Source of the DNA: an uncultured Collinsella sp.
GTDB taxonomy: Bacteria; Actinomycetota; Coriobacteriia; Coriobacteriales; Coriobacteriaceae
Direction: 5' to 3'
Length of the DNA: 64,000 bases
Assembly (NCBI GenBank): GCA_902491895.1
Contig: CABUJH010000002.1
Span: 2,143-66,142, forward strand
The position numbers and the translations under genes were made by a program. Shown here piece by piece: positions 45,813 to 56,600 of the stretch (the first letter of the stretch is position 1; every line of letters begins with the position of its first letter). The notes below the pieces were generated by a model. That model had not been told where the DNA came from, searched no databases, and worked only from the letters and a program-made list of their open reading frames with translations.

Positions 45813-46679
45813 ATGCAGACGGGTATGTATGCGATTAGCGAGATGGCGAGCTTGTTTAACGTTTCGCGCCAAACGCTCATCTACTACGACAAGATCGGTC
45901 TGTTTAAACCCGCCGTGGTTAACGAAAAAGGCTACCGTTTCTATTCGCCCACGCAGATCCCGCTCATGCGTCTGATCTGCATGCTGCGCGACTTGGGACT
46001 GGAACTCGATGAGATCGATCGCCTGACCTCGACGTTCGACATTGGAGAGATGACCGATCACCTGCGCTCGCGGGTGCAGGCGCTCGACGAGCAGATTGCC
46101 GGGCTCAAAGCCGAGCGCGCGAGCGTGCAGGAGCGGCTGAGTTTTTACGACGAGGCGGTCTATTGGCGCGAGCGCGAGGGCAAACCGGAGCTCAAGCAAT
46201 TCGAGCGCCGCTACGTGGTCTTTGAGGAGTTCCCGAGCGATATCGAGCGTGGCCGCTCGATGCTGCACCCCACGCTCATGCGGGCGATTCTGCGCATGCG
46301 TGCGCTCACGGGCACACGCCCCATGCGCGGTTGGGGCGCCATGCTGCGTCGCGAGGCGCTGCATTCCGACGACCCCATCGCCGGTGCCGGTTCCTTTGCC
46401 GTGTTGCCGCGTGGTGCCGAGGAAATACTGCCGAGCGATCCTGCCGAGCTGGCGGAGATTGGCGTCGAGGTGCTGCCCGAGGGCACGTACCTGTGCATGA
46501 GTCGCTGGGGCATGCCGTACGAGCCCGAGGGTATCCGCGCCATCGTGGCCTGCATGGACAGGCACGCGCTCCAGCCCATCGGCAATGCTTTCGATTTTTG
46601 CTACCTGGACACCACGAGCTACGACGAGTCTCACCAAGAGGACTTCTGCTGTATCCAAATCCCCGTCGCCCTCAAATAA
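45813..46679 (+). CDS. MerR family regulator (BmrR/BltR-like, GyrI-type effector domain)
   Basis: YAISEMASLFNVSRQTLIYYDKIGLFKP..GYRFYS; C-terminal LPEGTY...IQIPV; GGAGG RBS. Confidence 0.9.
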   Translation: MQTGMYAISEMASLFNVSRQTLIYYDKIGLFKPAVVNEKGYRFYSPTQIPLMRLICMLRDLGLELDEIDRLTSTFDIGEMTDHLRSRVQALDEQIAGLKAERASVQERLSFYDEAVYWREREGKPELKQFERRYVVFEEFPSDIERGRSMLHPTLMRAILRMRALTGTRPMRGWGAMLRREALHSDDPIAGAGSFAVLPRGAEEILPSDPAELAEIGVEVLPEGTYLCMSRWGMPYEPEGIRAIVACMDRHALQPIGNAFDFCYLDTTSYDESHQEDFCCIQIPVALK

Positions 46680-46680
46680 C

Positions 46681-46779
46681 TTGCGGTGAAATAGTCCCTA
46701 AATAGCTCGAGTGGGCGTGCAAACAGGAACTATTCCACCGCAACTTCGATGCGACAAAGGAGCAGTCCCTTTATCGCAT
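46681..46779. repeat. Family D inverted-repeat element copy 2 followed by a REP-like palindrome
   Basis: TTGCGGTGAAATAG...CTATTCCACCGCAAC (46681-46744); ATGCGACAAAGGAGCAGTCCCTTTATCGCAT (46749-46779). Confidence 0.7.
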
Positions 46780-46855
46780 TCCGTGCGAGCTCCAGCGCCA
46801 TCTGCGGGTATAAGGCTAACAAGTGTTTATTTGCGAGGCCTAAGGGGCGCCCCGT

Positions 46856-47722
46856 ATGGATATCGATAACTTTGAATGGTGGTATAGCGAGGGTGAGGCT
46901 CCGGACGAGGAGTGGGACGAGCCCGCGCCGCGTGACGCGTCGAGCGACGAGGACGAGACCGGCAACGATGCCGTCGAGATGGACGCCGCCTCCGACCCCG
47001 CCGAGCCCCTGACCTTTGAGCAGGCTTGGGCCCAAGCCGAGGCCGATGAGGCTAAGGCCGATGCCACGGCCACACTCGGTGAGCCGGCGGACATGTCCAT
47101 CTCGCCGGCAAAGATCCCGCAGCCGCGTCACACCATCGACCCCGACAGCACGGCATCCTTCAGCATTCTCGACGTGCCCGCGCAAGGCGCCCAGGCGCCT
47201 GCGCCCACACATCGCCCCGACCTGGCTCGTGAGGAAGACGCGGGCCGCCGTTCTCCGCTCGGCCCCATCCTTATCGCCTTTATGGCCGGCGTTATCGCAT
47301 GCTCGGTAATTGGAAACGTCTGGAGCCATGTCGAACAACAGCGAAAAGACGCCGCCAAGGTCGAGATGTCTGTCGAGCAATCGCTCGGCCGCACGCGCTC
47401 GGTACATGTGTCGGTCGAGGCCAAGGACGGCGCGACGTGGGACACCGCGCGCGGCGACAGCCAAATGCTCATCCATATCGTGGGGCGCACGCTCAAAGGG
47501 CAGACGATTGACGAGTATCAATACGTCAATTCCGCTGGTGACGGCATCGAACTTAAGCCCGGCGACTACGAGCTCACCGTCGATGAACCGCCCGTCGCCA
47601 CCGACGGCACGCGCTTCCGCGCCTCAAAGCGCATGGTTCCCGTGAGCTTTAACTCGCAGGCGCCCGATACGGTCGACACCACGCCACAGGGCGGGTTTGA
47701 CCTTTACGTAGATACCCAGTAG
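46856..47722 (+). CDS. Hypothetical single-pass membrane protein (acidic disordered N-terminus, beta-rich C-terminus)
   Basis: 288-aa ORF with typical codon usage and one TM helix (ILIAFMAGVIACSVIG). Confidence 0.7.
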   Translation: MDIDNFEWWYSEGEAPDEEWDEPAPRDASSDEDETGNDAVEMDAASDPAEPLTFEQAWAQAEADEAKADATATLGEPADMSISPAKIPQPRHTIDPDSTASFSILDVPAQGAQAPAPTHRPDLAREEDAGRRSPLGPILIAFMAGVIACSVIGNVWSHVEQQRKDAAKVEMSVEQSLGRTRSVHVSVEAKDGATWDTARGDSQMLIHIVGRTLKGQTIDEYQYVNSAGDGIELKPGDYELTVDEPPVATDGTRFRASKRMVPVSFNSQAPDTVDTTPQGGFDLYVDTQ

Positions 47723-47835
47723 GCGCTCGCCGCTCATTCCGCTATGGCTACTCAATAATCGCCTGCCGTCCCGTCCCGCCGCCAAGAGTGGGACAATAGC
47801 CCTCGACACTATTGTTTACTTTTGGAGGAAGTAGC

Positions 47836-48729
47836 ATGTCTACCGTCACTACCATCAAGCGCGGCGGCCTCACCGCGGCCATCGATTCCATGGGCGCCCA
47901 GCTCACGAGCCTTGCTCTCAACGGCAACGAGTATCTGTGGCAGGGCGACCCCGCCTTTTGGGGCAAGCATGCGCCCATCCTGTTCCCCATTGTGGGTTCG
48001 CTGCGCAACAACACGGCAACGTCTGCGGCCGGCACCTGCGAGATGCCGCGCCACGGACTCGCGCGCATCGTCGAGCACAAGCTGGTCGAGGTTTCGGAGG
48101 ACGGCTCCTCGGTAACGTACGAGATCACCGACACGTCCGAGTCGCTCAAGGCCTTTCCGTTCCACTTTAAGCTCAACATGACCTATGCCCTGACTGGCGA
48201 CGCCATCCTCACGCAGACCTTTGCCGTCACCAATACCGGCGACGTGGACCTGCCGTTCTCGGTGGGCGGCCACCCTGCGTTTAACGTACCGGCTCCCGGT
48301 GCCGAGGACGAGGCATTCGAGGATTACGAGCTGGCGTTTACCGAGGCTTGGACTAACGAGGCTCCCATCATCACGCCCGACGGTCTTATGACGTTCGAGG
48401 GCAGCTACAAGGCTCCCGATAACTCGGACGTGCTGCCCATCACGCACCGCAGCTTCGATAACGACGCCATCATGTTCACCGATACCCCGGGCTCCACGCT
48501 CACGCTGCGCGGCCGCAAGTCGGGTCACGGCGTCAAGATCGACTTTGAGGGCTTTAAGTACATTGGCGTGTGGTCTGCCGCCAACGACGCTCCGTTTGTG
48601 GCGCTCGAGCCCTGGACCGGTCACACCACCATGGACACCGAGGACGATGTCTTTGAGCACAAGGTCAACACCATTACGCTGGCACCGGGCGAGACGGACG
48701 TCCGCAGCTTTAGCGTCACCTTATTCTAG
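47836..48729 (+). CDS. Aldose 1-epimerase family (LacX-like)
   Basis: EYLWQGD..FWGKHAPILFPIVG, RHGLAR, GGHPAF, FVALEPW; GGAGG RBS. Confidence 0.9.
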   Translation: MSTVTTIKRGGLTAAIDSMGAQLTSLALNGNEYLWQGDPAFWGKHAPILFPIVGSLRNNTATSAAGTCEMPRHGLARIVEHKLVEVSEDGSSVTYEITDTSESLKAFPFHFKLNMTYALTGDAILTQTFAVTNTGDVDLPFSVGGHPAFNVPAPGAEDEAFEDYELAFTEAWTNEAPIITPDGLMTFEGSYKAPDNSDVLPITHRSFDNDAIMFTDTPGSTLTLRGRKSGHGVKIDFEGFKYIGVWSAANDAPFVALEPWTGHTTMDTEDDVFEHKVNTITLAPGETDVRSFSVTLF

Positions 48730-48730
48730 A

Positions 48731-48847
48731 GGTTCCGCCGTTCTGACGAACGGCGGACTAGTCGACGCTGCGCGCCGCCCAGGGCGACAATTTGTCATTC
48801 AAAAGGCAAGGCATGACCAGAAGGTCTATGCCTTGCCTTTTTCATGC
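48731..48847. repeat. Structured element family B, copy 1 (appears truncated)
   Basis: GTTCCGCCGTTC-loop-GAACGGCGGAC, CGACGCTGCGCG and a GACCAGAAGGTC-capped stem; homologous to 63720-63870. Confidence 0.75.
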
Positions 48848-48848
48848 C

Positions 48849-48904
48849 TAGTCGTTGGGGACGTTCTTGTTTGACTAGTCGTTTAAGAACGTCCCCAACG
48901 ACTA
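48849..48904. repeat. Inverted dimer of a 29-bp GGGGACGTTC unit (family C)
   Basis: TAGTCGTTGGGGACGTTCTT/AAGAACGTCCCCAACGACTA perfect 20-bp arms; monomer at 63934-63962. Confidence 0.75.
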
Positions 48905-49022
48905 CCAATCGTTTTCAGTTCGTAAACTTGCATATATGCATTTATATATGCATTTGCTGGAGGTAGCGCTGAGCGGTATCCTGTTAAGTCGTCAGCATAC
49001 GATTCAACAGGGAAGGCAGATT

Positions 49023-49949
49023 ATGCATTCTCCCCATCAACGCGACGCGCATCCACAGCCGGTATGCAGCCGTCGCATCTTTTTGGGTAGCGCTCTCGCT
49101 GCGAGCGCTACTGTCGTCGCCGGCGCACTTGCCGGTTGCCAGCGCCCCTCCACGCTGGAAGTAGTTCAGCCCACGACGGGCGGCGGTCGCGACGACCTGT
49201 CCGATTCCGTGATCGGCAAGGACAAGATCCGCATCGGCATGGAGGCGGCCTACGCCCCGTACAACTGGCAGGTCTCCGAAGCCAGCGAGTACACCATCCC
49301 CATCGACAACGTGCAGGGCGCCTATGCCGATGGTTACGACGTGCAGATCGCCAAGATCGTCTGCAAGGCCCTCGGTGGCGAGCCCGTTGCCGTCAAACAG
49401 AGCTTCTCGGGCCTTATCGACTCGCTCAACAACGGCCAGATCGACCTCATCATCGCCGGTATGAGCGCCACGCCCGAGCGCGAGGAGTCCGTCGGCTTTT
49501 CCGACCCGTACTTTATCGGTTACTTTGGCCTGTTCGTAAAAGAGGGCTCGCCCTATCAGAATGCGACCAAGCTCAGCGACTTTAGCGGCGCAACGGTCCT
49601 CGGCCAAAAGGACACCATGCTCGATACCGTCATCGACGAGATTCCGGGCGTTGTCCACAAAAACCCGGTCGACTCGGTCCCCACGGTGTTTTCGAATCTG
49701 CTGCAGGGCACTTGCGACGCCGTGACCTACAACACTGAGAACGAGAAGGGCTATATGGCCCAAAACCCGGGTATCGTGCCGATTCAGTTTGCCGATGGCG
49801 AGGGCTTTAAGCAGGAGGTCACAGCAAACGTCGGCTGCCGCAAGGGCTCGGATAAGCTGCTTAAGCTCATCGACAAGACACTCAAGGGCATTAGCCAAGA
49901 GGAGCGCGACCAAATGTGGGACGCGTGCCTCGACCGTCAGCCGGCATAG
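49023..49949 (+). CDS. Polar amino-acid ABC transporter substrate-binding lipoprotein
   Basis: SRRIFLG Tat-like motif + LAGC lipobox; IGMEAAYAPYNW, DGYDV, IIAGMSATPER. Confidence 0.9.
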   Translation: MHSPHQRDAHPQPVCSRRIFLGSALAASATVVAGALAGCQRPSTLEVVQPTTGGGRDDLSDSVIGKDKIRIGMEAAYAPYNWQVSEASEYTIPIDNVQGAYADGYDVQIAKIVCKALGGEPVAVKQSFSGLIDSLNNGQIDLIIAGMSATPEREESVGFSDPYFIGYFGLFVKEGSPYQNATKLSDFSGATVLGQKDTMLDTVIDEIPGVVHKNPVDSVPTVFSNLLQGTCDAVTYNTENEKGYMAQNPGIVPIQFADGEGFKQEVTANVGCRKGSDKLLKLIDKTLKGISQEERDQMWDACLDRQPA

Positions 49950-49958
49950 GGAGGCAGT

Positions 49959-51107
49959 ATGAAAACCATTAATCGTCTGGCCTCCTTTATCAAGGCCGAC
50001 CACCGTTATGTATACCTGGGCACGAGCGTCATCGCGGCGCTCGGCCTGGCGTTTAGCCAGCGCAACCCCACGCCGATGAGTTTCTTGGCCCCCACCGGTA
50101 TCTTCCAGGATTGCCTTTGGGCGATTCTTTGGGCCTGGCTCGTCGTGTCGGCGGCGGCGCTGGTCACCAAGCTCATGCACTGGAACGACTATCGCGAAAA
50201 GTCGCCGTTCGCATCCGAGCGCTGCCGTCGTGGCGCACGCCTGGGCAGCTACGTCGTGGTCGCCATCGCGGCAGTTTTCTTTATCGACCGCTGCGTCATG
50301 TCGTTTATCGACCTGGTGCAGGTGAGCATTGTCTCGGATTCCAACCCCAGCGACTTTTTGTCGAGCCTGGTCTACATGACCTACAAGAGCGGGGACTTCT
50401 TCATTCGCGGTATCGAGATCACCATCGCGCTTGCCACCTTCGGCACCGTCATCGCATTCTTCCTGGCGCTGCTCTTCGTGTTCCTGCGTATTCAGACGTT
50501 CGACCGCGTGGATAACGACCTGGTGCGCTTCTTTAAGAGTATCGGCCGCGGCTTTGCGACCGTCTACTCCACCATCGTGCGCGGCACGCCCATGATGGTC
50601 CAGGGCCTGCTCATCTATTACGCGGGCTTCACCGTTTTGCGCGGCATGGGCTTCGAGACCGCCCAGGCCAACCAGATCTGGAGCACCTTCACCGCCGGCC
50701 TCGTCACCATCTCGCTCAACTCCACCGCCTACATGATGGAGGTCCTGCGCGGCGGCATCGAGTCCATCGATCCCGGCCAGGCCGAGGCAGCACGCTCGCT
50801 GGGCCTGTCGCAGTGGCAAGCTATGCGCAAAGTCGTGTTCCCCCAGGGCATTAAAAACGCGATTCCGGCGCTCACCAACGAGCTCATCATCAACATCAAG
50901 GATTCGTCGGTGCTCTCGGTCATCGGCGTGTTTGACCTCATGTACGCCACCACCACCGTCGCCGGCGTGTACTACCGCCAGATGGAGGTCTACTGCGTGG
51001 CGCTCGTGGTCTACCTGATCCTGACGCTCGTGGCGAGCCGCCTGCTCGAGGCCTTTGGCAAAAAGCTCGGCGCCGAGGCTCCGGTCACGCTGCCCAGCTC
51101 CAACTAG
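49959..51107 (+). CDS. Amino-acid ABC transporter permease with an N-terminal extension
   Basis: [29 protein letters not shown] (EAA loop), NIKDSS. Confidence 0.9.
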   Translation: MKTINRLASFIKADHRYVYLGTSVIAALGLAFSQRNPTPMSFLAPTGIFQDCLWAILWAWLVVSAAALVTKLMHWNDYREKSPFASERCRRGARLGSYVVVAIAAVFFIDRCVMSFIDLVQVSIVSDSNPSDFLSSLVYMTYKSGDFFIRGIEITIALATFGTVIAFFLALLFVFLRIQTFDRVDNDLVRFFKSIGRGFATVYSTIVRGTPMMVQGLLIYYAGFTVLRGMGFETAQANQIWSTFTAGLVTISLNSTAYMMEVLRGGIESIDPGQAEAARSLGLSQWQAMRKVVFPQGIKNAIPALTNELIINIKDSSVLSVIGVFDLMYATTTVAGVYYRQMEVYCVALVVYLILTLVASRLLEAFGKKLGAEAPVTLPSSN

Positions 51108-51129
51108 GCTCAAGACGAGGAGAATCATC

Positions 51130-51915
51130 ATGGCAGATACCGCCACTACCGGCACCGCGGCCGCCGCACAGACCAATGAGCCGCTCATCCGCGTCGAGGG
51201 CCTGCGCAAGAGCTTCGGCTCGCTCGAGGTGCTCAAGGGCATCGACCTGTCCGTTAACCCCGGCGAGGTCGTCACTATTATCGGAGCCTCGGGTTCGGGT
51301 AAGTCGACCTTCCTGCGCTGCCTCAACCTGCTCGAGACCCCGGACGCGGGCCACATCTGGTTCCACGGCCAGGACCTCACGGCCGAGCGCTGCAACATCA
51401 ACAAGCTGCGTGAGGACATCGGCATGGTGTTCCAGGGCTTTAACCTGTTCAACAACATGGACGTGCTCGACAACTGCACGCTCGCGCCCGTCACGCTCAA
51501 AAAGATGAGCAAGGCCGAGGCCGAGAAGGTCGCGATGGAGCATCTGACGAGCGTGGGGCTCGAGAAGTTCGCGCACGCCGCCGTGGGTCGCCTGTCCGGT
51601 GGTCAAAAACAGCGCGTGGCCATCGCTCGTGCCCTATGTATGAATCCGCAGATCATGCTGTTCGACGAGCCGACCTCCGCACTCGACCCCGAGATCGTGG
51701 GAGAGGTGCTCGAGGTCATGCGCAAACTTGCTGCCGACGGCATGACCATGGTCGTCGTCACGCACGAGATGGCCTTTGCCCGCACCGTGTCCGATCGCGT
51801 GGTCTTTATGGACAAGGGCGTAGTGCTCGAGGACGCCGCGCCGGCAGAGCTCTTTGGCAACCCCAAGCACCAGCGTACCCGCGAGTTCCTCTCGCGTTAT
51901 CTCGAGGACAAATAA
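51130..51915 (+). CDS. Amino-acid ABC transporter ATP-binding protein (GlnQ-like)
   Basis: [41 protein letters not shown]. Confidence 0.94.
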   Translation: MADTATTGTAAAAQTNEPLIRVEGLRKSFGSLEVLKGIDLSVNPGEVVTIIGASGSGKSTFLRCLNLLETPDAGHIWFHGQDLTAERCNINKLREDIGMVFQGFNLFNNMDVLDNCTLAPVTLKKMSKAEAEKVAMEHLTSVGLEKFAHAAVGRLSGGQKQRVAIARALCMNPQIMLFDEPTSALDPEIVGEVLEVMRKLAADGMTMVVVTHEMAFARTVSDRVVFMDKGVVLEDAAPAELFGNPKHQRTREFLSRYLEDK

Positions 51916-51987
51916 CCAACCGCAAGCGCTTATGTGGCAGGGCCGCTCCGGTGGGGCGGCCCTTGTCGTCACAATCGAAAGGATGTC

Positions 51988-53415
51988 ATGGCCGAGGTTT
52001 GGCGCTTCTTTGCGCATGAGGATGATTTTGCCGATTTGGACAAGGCCGGCGCATGCGAGCGCCTGGGCCGTGTGCTGTCGTTTCCGACCATTTCGAGCAT
52101 GGATGCCGAGGCAGTGGACTGGCAGCCGTTCGACGACCTGCGCGCCTATATGCAGCAGGCCTGGCCGCACGTATTTACAGCGGGTAAGGTCGAGCTCATC
52201 GATCATTCGCTGCTCGTGACGCTTTCCGGCTCCGACCCCGCACTCAAGCCCGTTGTGCTCATGGGTCACATGGACGTGGTCCCCGTGGTGCCGGGTACCG
52301 AGGACGACTGGACGTACGCCCCCTTTAGCGGGCATGTAGACGACACCTACATTTGGGGTCGCGGCGCCATCGATATGAAAGACCAGGTTGCGGGCATCCT
52401 GGAGGCCGTTGAGTATGCGCTGGCGCACGGCTGGCAACACGAACGAACCCTGCTGCTGGCCTTTGGCCAGGATGAGGAGACCACGCAGTACGGCGCGGGC
52501 GCCATTGGTCGCGCGCTCGAGGAGCGTGGCGTTGAGCTTGAGTACCTGATCGACGAGGGCGACTATCGTATCGTTGCGGCTGCCGAGTACGGCGCAGGTG
52601 AGGGTTGGCTCATGCATGCCGATCTTGCCGAGAAGGGCTATACCGATATCGTGCTCAAGACGAAGAGCGAAGGCGGGCACTCTTCCAACCCTTACGGTGG
52701 CACGTCGCTCGAAGTGCTCAGCCGCGCTATTGCCGCGATTTGCGATATCGAGTGGCCGGCGCGTGTGACCGATCTGCTTGCCGCGCAGCTCGTCGAGCTG
52801 GGGCTTTATACCGCAGACGAGATTGCTACCAGCAAGGATGCCATCGTGCGCGACTGTCTCGCCAGCAAAAAGCTGTACCCGCTTGTGACCACCACCTGCG
52901 CGCCCACGCAAATCGAAGGCGGCAGTACCGGTGCCAACGTAATGCCGCAGGATATGTGGGCCAATATCAACTTCCGCATGCTCGAGGGTACGAGCGTGGC
53001 CGATGTCGTGGCCTGCTGCCGCGAGGCCGTTGCCGCCGCTGGGCTCGCTGGCCGAGTCGAGGTCGAGCTGGGCCCCGGCAGCTCCGAGCCCTCGCCGTCC
53101 CCGCGCGTGGGCGGTCCGGGGCTCGAGGCCGTTCGCGCCATTGCCACCCGCTATTTCCGTGATCCCAGGGGGACGGAGGAAAACGGATCGTCTGCGGTGG
53201 GCCAAGAGCCGATGAGCATCGTGCCCTCGACCGTGATTGGTGCAACCGACGCCGCCAACTACCAGCGCATTTGCCACGAGTGCATCCGCTTCTCCGCCTT
53301 TGTGGTCGACGATGACGAATGCGACCGCGGCGTCCACGGCACCAACGAGCGCATCACCCGTCGCGCCTACCTCCAAGGCATCCGCTTCCTCATCGCCCTG
53401 CTCCACACGCTCTAG
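51988..53415 (+). CDS. M20 family metallopeptidase/amidohydrolase (Gly-X carboxypeptidase/PM20D1-like)
   Basis: MGHMDVVP, WGRGAIDMK, DEE, IDEG, AEKG, GGHSS, GATDA, HGTNERI. Confidence 0.9.
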   Translation: MAEVWRFFAHEDDFADLDKAGACERLGRVLSFPTISSMDAEAVDWQPFDDLRAYMQQAWPHVFTAGKVELIDHSLLVTLSGSDPALKPVVLMGHMDVVPVVPGTEDDWTYAPFSGHVDDTYIWGRGAIDMKDQVAGILEAVEYALAHGWQHERTLLLAFGQDEETTQYGAGAIGRALEERGVELEYLIDEGDYRIVAAAEYGAGEGWLMHADLAEKGYTDIVLKTKSEGGHSSNPYGGTSLEVLSRAIAAICDIEWPARVTDLLAAQLVELGLYTADEIATSKDAIVRDCLASKKLYPLVTTTCAPTQIEGGSTGANVMPQDMWANINFRMLEGTSVADVVACCREAVAAAGLAGRVEVELGPGSSEPSPSPRVGGPGLEAVRAIATRYFRDPRGTEENGSSAVGQEPMSIVPSTVIGATDAANYQRICHECIRFSAFVVDDDECDRGVHGTNERITRRAYLQGIRFLIALLHTL

Positions 53416-53616
53416 AATGCGACAAAGGGATTGAGCCGGCAACTGGCAACCGGTTTCATCGGTAATGAGATAAAAACTGTTATATAAAAAGACTAAAATA
53501 TCTTCAGAAGCATATGCTGGGGTTGGTATTTCTTGAACGACTGCGGGCATGTGTCAGACTGCCTCGGCCCTCCGGGGGGTGCCCAGGCAGGTCACCGTGT
53601 GGCTGGGGAGGAAATT

Positions 53617-56600
53617 ATGCAGGAGCTCAGAGAGACGACGTCTCTACTCGTGAATAATGTTATCGGGGGGGGGTGTCCCAGCAGGGAACTTCCTGGTGGA
53701 CATCGGCCGCGCGAGCGGTGGTCCGTCATGTCTTATGACCGTCGTCGCGGGCTGCACCCGGTCTCGCCATATGCGATTGTTCTGGCCCTCGCCATCGCGC
53801 TGACGGCGAGTTTCTTCCTGCCGGCCCGTGCGGAAGCGGCGATTTCTGACCACACGGTCACGACGATTTCGCCTTCGGGGACAACGATCAACCTGTTTGA
53901 TTACTGGGTGAATCCCGATGACCATCTGTCGGTTTCCGGCAACGGCGGCATCAACGCAAACCACCAGTTCCAGTTCAAGGATCAAGGAGCCAGCGAGGAA
54001 CTTAACCAGTATACGGGTGGCCCCTCTCCTCGCATCGGCATCGTGAACAGGGTTCTTACCGACGGTTACCCGAAACTCACCGACCGCTGGGACGGAGAAT
54101 CCCTCGGCTACCTGTTTGATTCCTCCACCCAGACGGGCAAGATATCCCATATGGGTGTGACGGGTCTGTTGCGGGTCAAGGACGGCTACTACGAGTATGA
54201 CAGCTCGCAGAACTACGCGGCGTACAACGTCAATAAGAATGCATTTGATGTATACGATGCCGCCGGCGTTAAGCAGGCGGGGGCTGAGCCTCATACAGTA
54301 GGCCAGTTCTTCCCCTTCGATGCGGCCACTGAGGTATTCAAGGAGGGGGACAGCGGGCTCGTCCCGAACGGCATTACGTCGCAGAACGTCGGTGACTCGC
54401 AATATAACGGTAGCAAACCCCTCAACCATTATTTCGGCCTCTCAATGTCGTCGCGCTTCGTGCAGCCGAAGGGTGGCAAAACGAACGCTGACAAGCCCAT
54501 GACCTTCGAGTTCGCCGGAGACGACGACGTCTGGGTGTTCATTGATGATGTCCTCGTGGGCGACATTGGCGGCATCCACACCAGTGCTAAGCTGACCATC
54601 GACTTCCAAACGGGCGAGATTAAGGTTAACGATTCCCCAGACGGCACGCTGTTAAGCAAGTTCCAGGAAGCAAAGCAGGATACTACTAAGGGCTTCAAAG
54701 GCAACACCTTCGCTGACGGCACCAACCACACGCTCAAGTTCTTCTACTTGGAGCGTGGCGCCACCGACTCCAACATGAAGCTCAAGTACAACCTCGTGAC
54801 GGTTCCCGAGTCCGACATCATCAAGTTCGACCAGGACGGCAAGTTCGTACAGGGTGCCAAGTTCCAGCTCTATAAGACCGACAAGGACTTCAAGAACGAG
54901 CTTGAGCCCCTCGGATCCGGCACCACGGACGAGGCCGGCCACCTAACGCTCACGAACGACGATGACAACGGCGTCATCAACTTCGACGATCTCTACAACA
55001 AGGATCACAGCAACAAGTACTACCTCCTGAAGGAGACGCGCGTGCCCGAGGGATACCTCTCGAGTCTCACGGCGACGGGTGGCAGCATGCAGCTCGAGTA
55101 CGTGCCCGCGAGCGCCGGGAACGGCGCGGGCGGCGTCATCATCAACCGCGGCGGTATGGACGCGGACAGCGTCGTGTGGAAGACCGGCGCGTTCGCCGGC
55201 GCGAAGGAGACCATCACCGCGCCGTCGACCGTGTACCAGGCGAATAATGACCTGACGAAGGTCAGCCTAGACTCCGGCATACTGTTCGCTGTGGTGCTCA
55301 AGCGCGATAAAAGCGCAAACGCAGATATCAAAGATCAGAACAATTGGTACGCCGTGTCGGGCGACCCATCGACGGGAATGGGGTACACCCTCGCCGGGAA
55401 GCCGAGTAAGGCCGGCGCTATCGAGGCGGCGAAGAAGGACCTGCACGCCTTCACGCTCAACACGAGCGGCCAGTACCAGGTAGAGATTCAAAATCTGCCC
55501 GGTGACATCTCCAAGTACTACTACCTGCTGAGCGGTGATGCCCGCAAGGATGCCGAGTACACGGTGGCCATCTACTACACAGCGGCGAGCTCCATCGCCG
55601 AGGCGGATATGGACAACACGGTCCACGTGTTCAGCGATGACCTCCCCGACGGCAAGGAGAATTTCCGGCGGCAGTTCGCCACGCGCCTGCTCGTCTCGAA
55701 CATCCAGAATCGCCTGTTCGTGCAGAAGACCGATACCGCGGGTAAGCCCGTTGAGGGGGCGAAGTTCGGCCTGTACACGGCCGATCAGGTGACAACAGAC
55801 GCAAACGGCAAGGTCGTGCTCAAGGGCGAGCAGACCCCCTACGACACCCTGACGACGGGGTCGGTCGGCAACCCGGTCCCGCTCGAAGGTGCGGGCATAT
55901 TCCCGAATACGAGCAAGGAGCACAAGCCGCTTACGAAACGCACCTACTACCTGAAGGAAATCTCAGCGCCGAGCGGTTTCCTGCTCAACGACACGTTCAC
56001 CAAAGTGATTGTGGACGATTACGGCGTCCATGCCGATGCCGGTACGCGCGATGACGGCGTTTCGACGTTTGTGGGCCCGGGCGCGCTGATGAAGAGCCTG
56101 GGCCAGTTTGGCGCAGAGGGCGACATCGACAACACGCTCACGTGGATCAAGGGTGTGCGGCAGACCTCGAATGGTGTGACCGATACTGACGGTAATCTGT
56201 CGTGGAGCAATGTCGATCCCGCCGGTGCCGGCGACACGGTGCACCTCAAGTACGGTGCCAACGGACGTGTCTACCAGTATGGGCCCACCGAGGAGGGCAA
56301 ACCCTACCGCTTGGAGACCGAGACGGGCTGGATACGTATGGGTATCACCCAGGACGAGCAGCCCAAGGGGACCAAGTCGAAAGGTGCCCGTGCCGATCTG
56401 CGCGACATGAACAACCTGAATGCCCTGTTTACGGGCGCCACCTGCGTGCGCGTGGCTAACAAGCGCGAGGCGAGCCTCGAGGTGACGAAGAAGGTTGACG
56501 TGCCCGATGGACTGACGGGCAATAAGGATGCGGAGTTCACCTTCAAGTTCACCGTGCCCAAGGGGAAGACGTATAAGGCTGCAGTCTTCGAGAAGGCGGG

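Noticed and set aside
48984..51512. 842-aa - strand ORF, and similar long ORFs at 31911-33854, 41890-43713 and 51634-53550
   Set aside because: They overlap well-supported genes on the opposite strand and show no family motifs.
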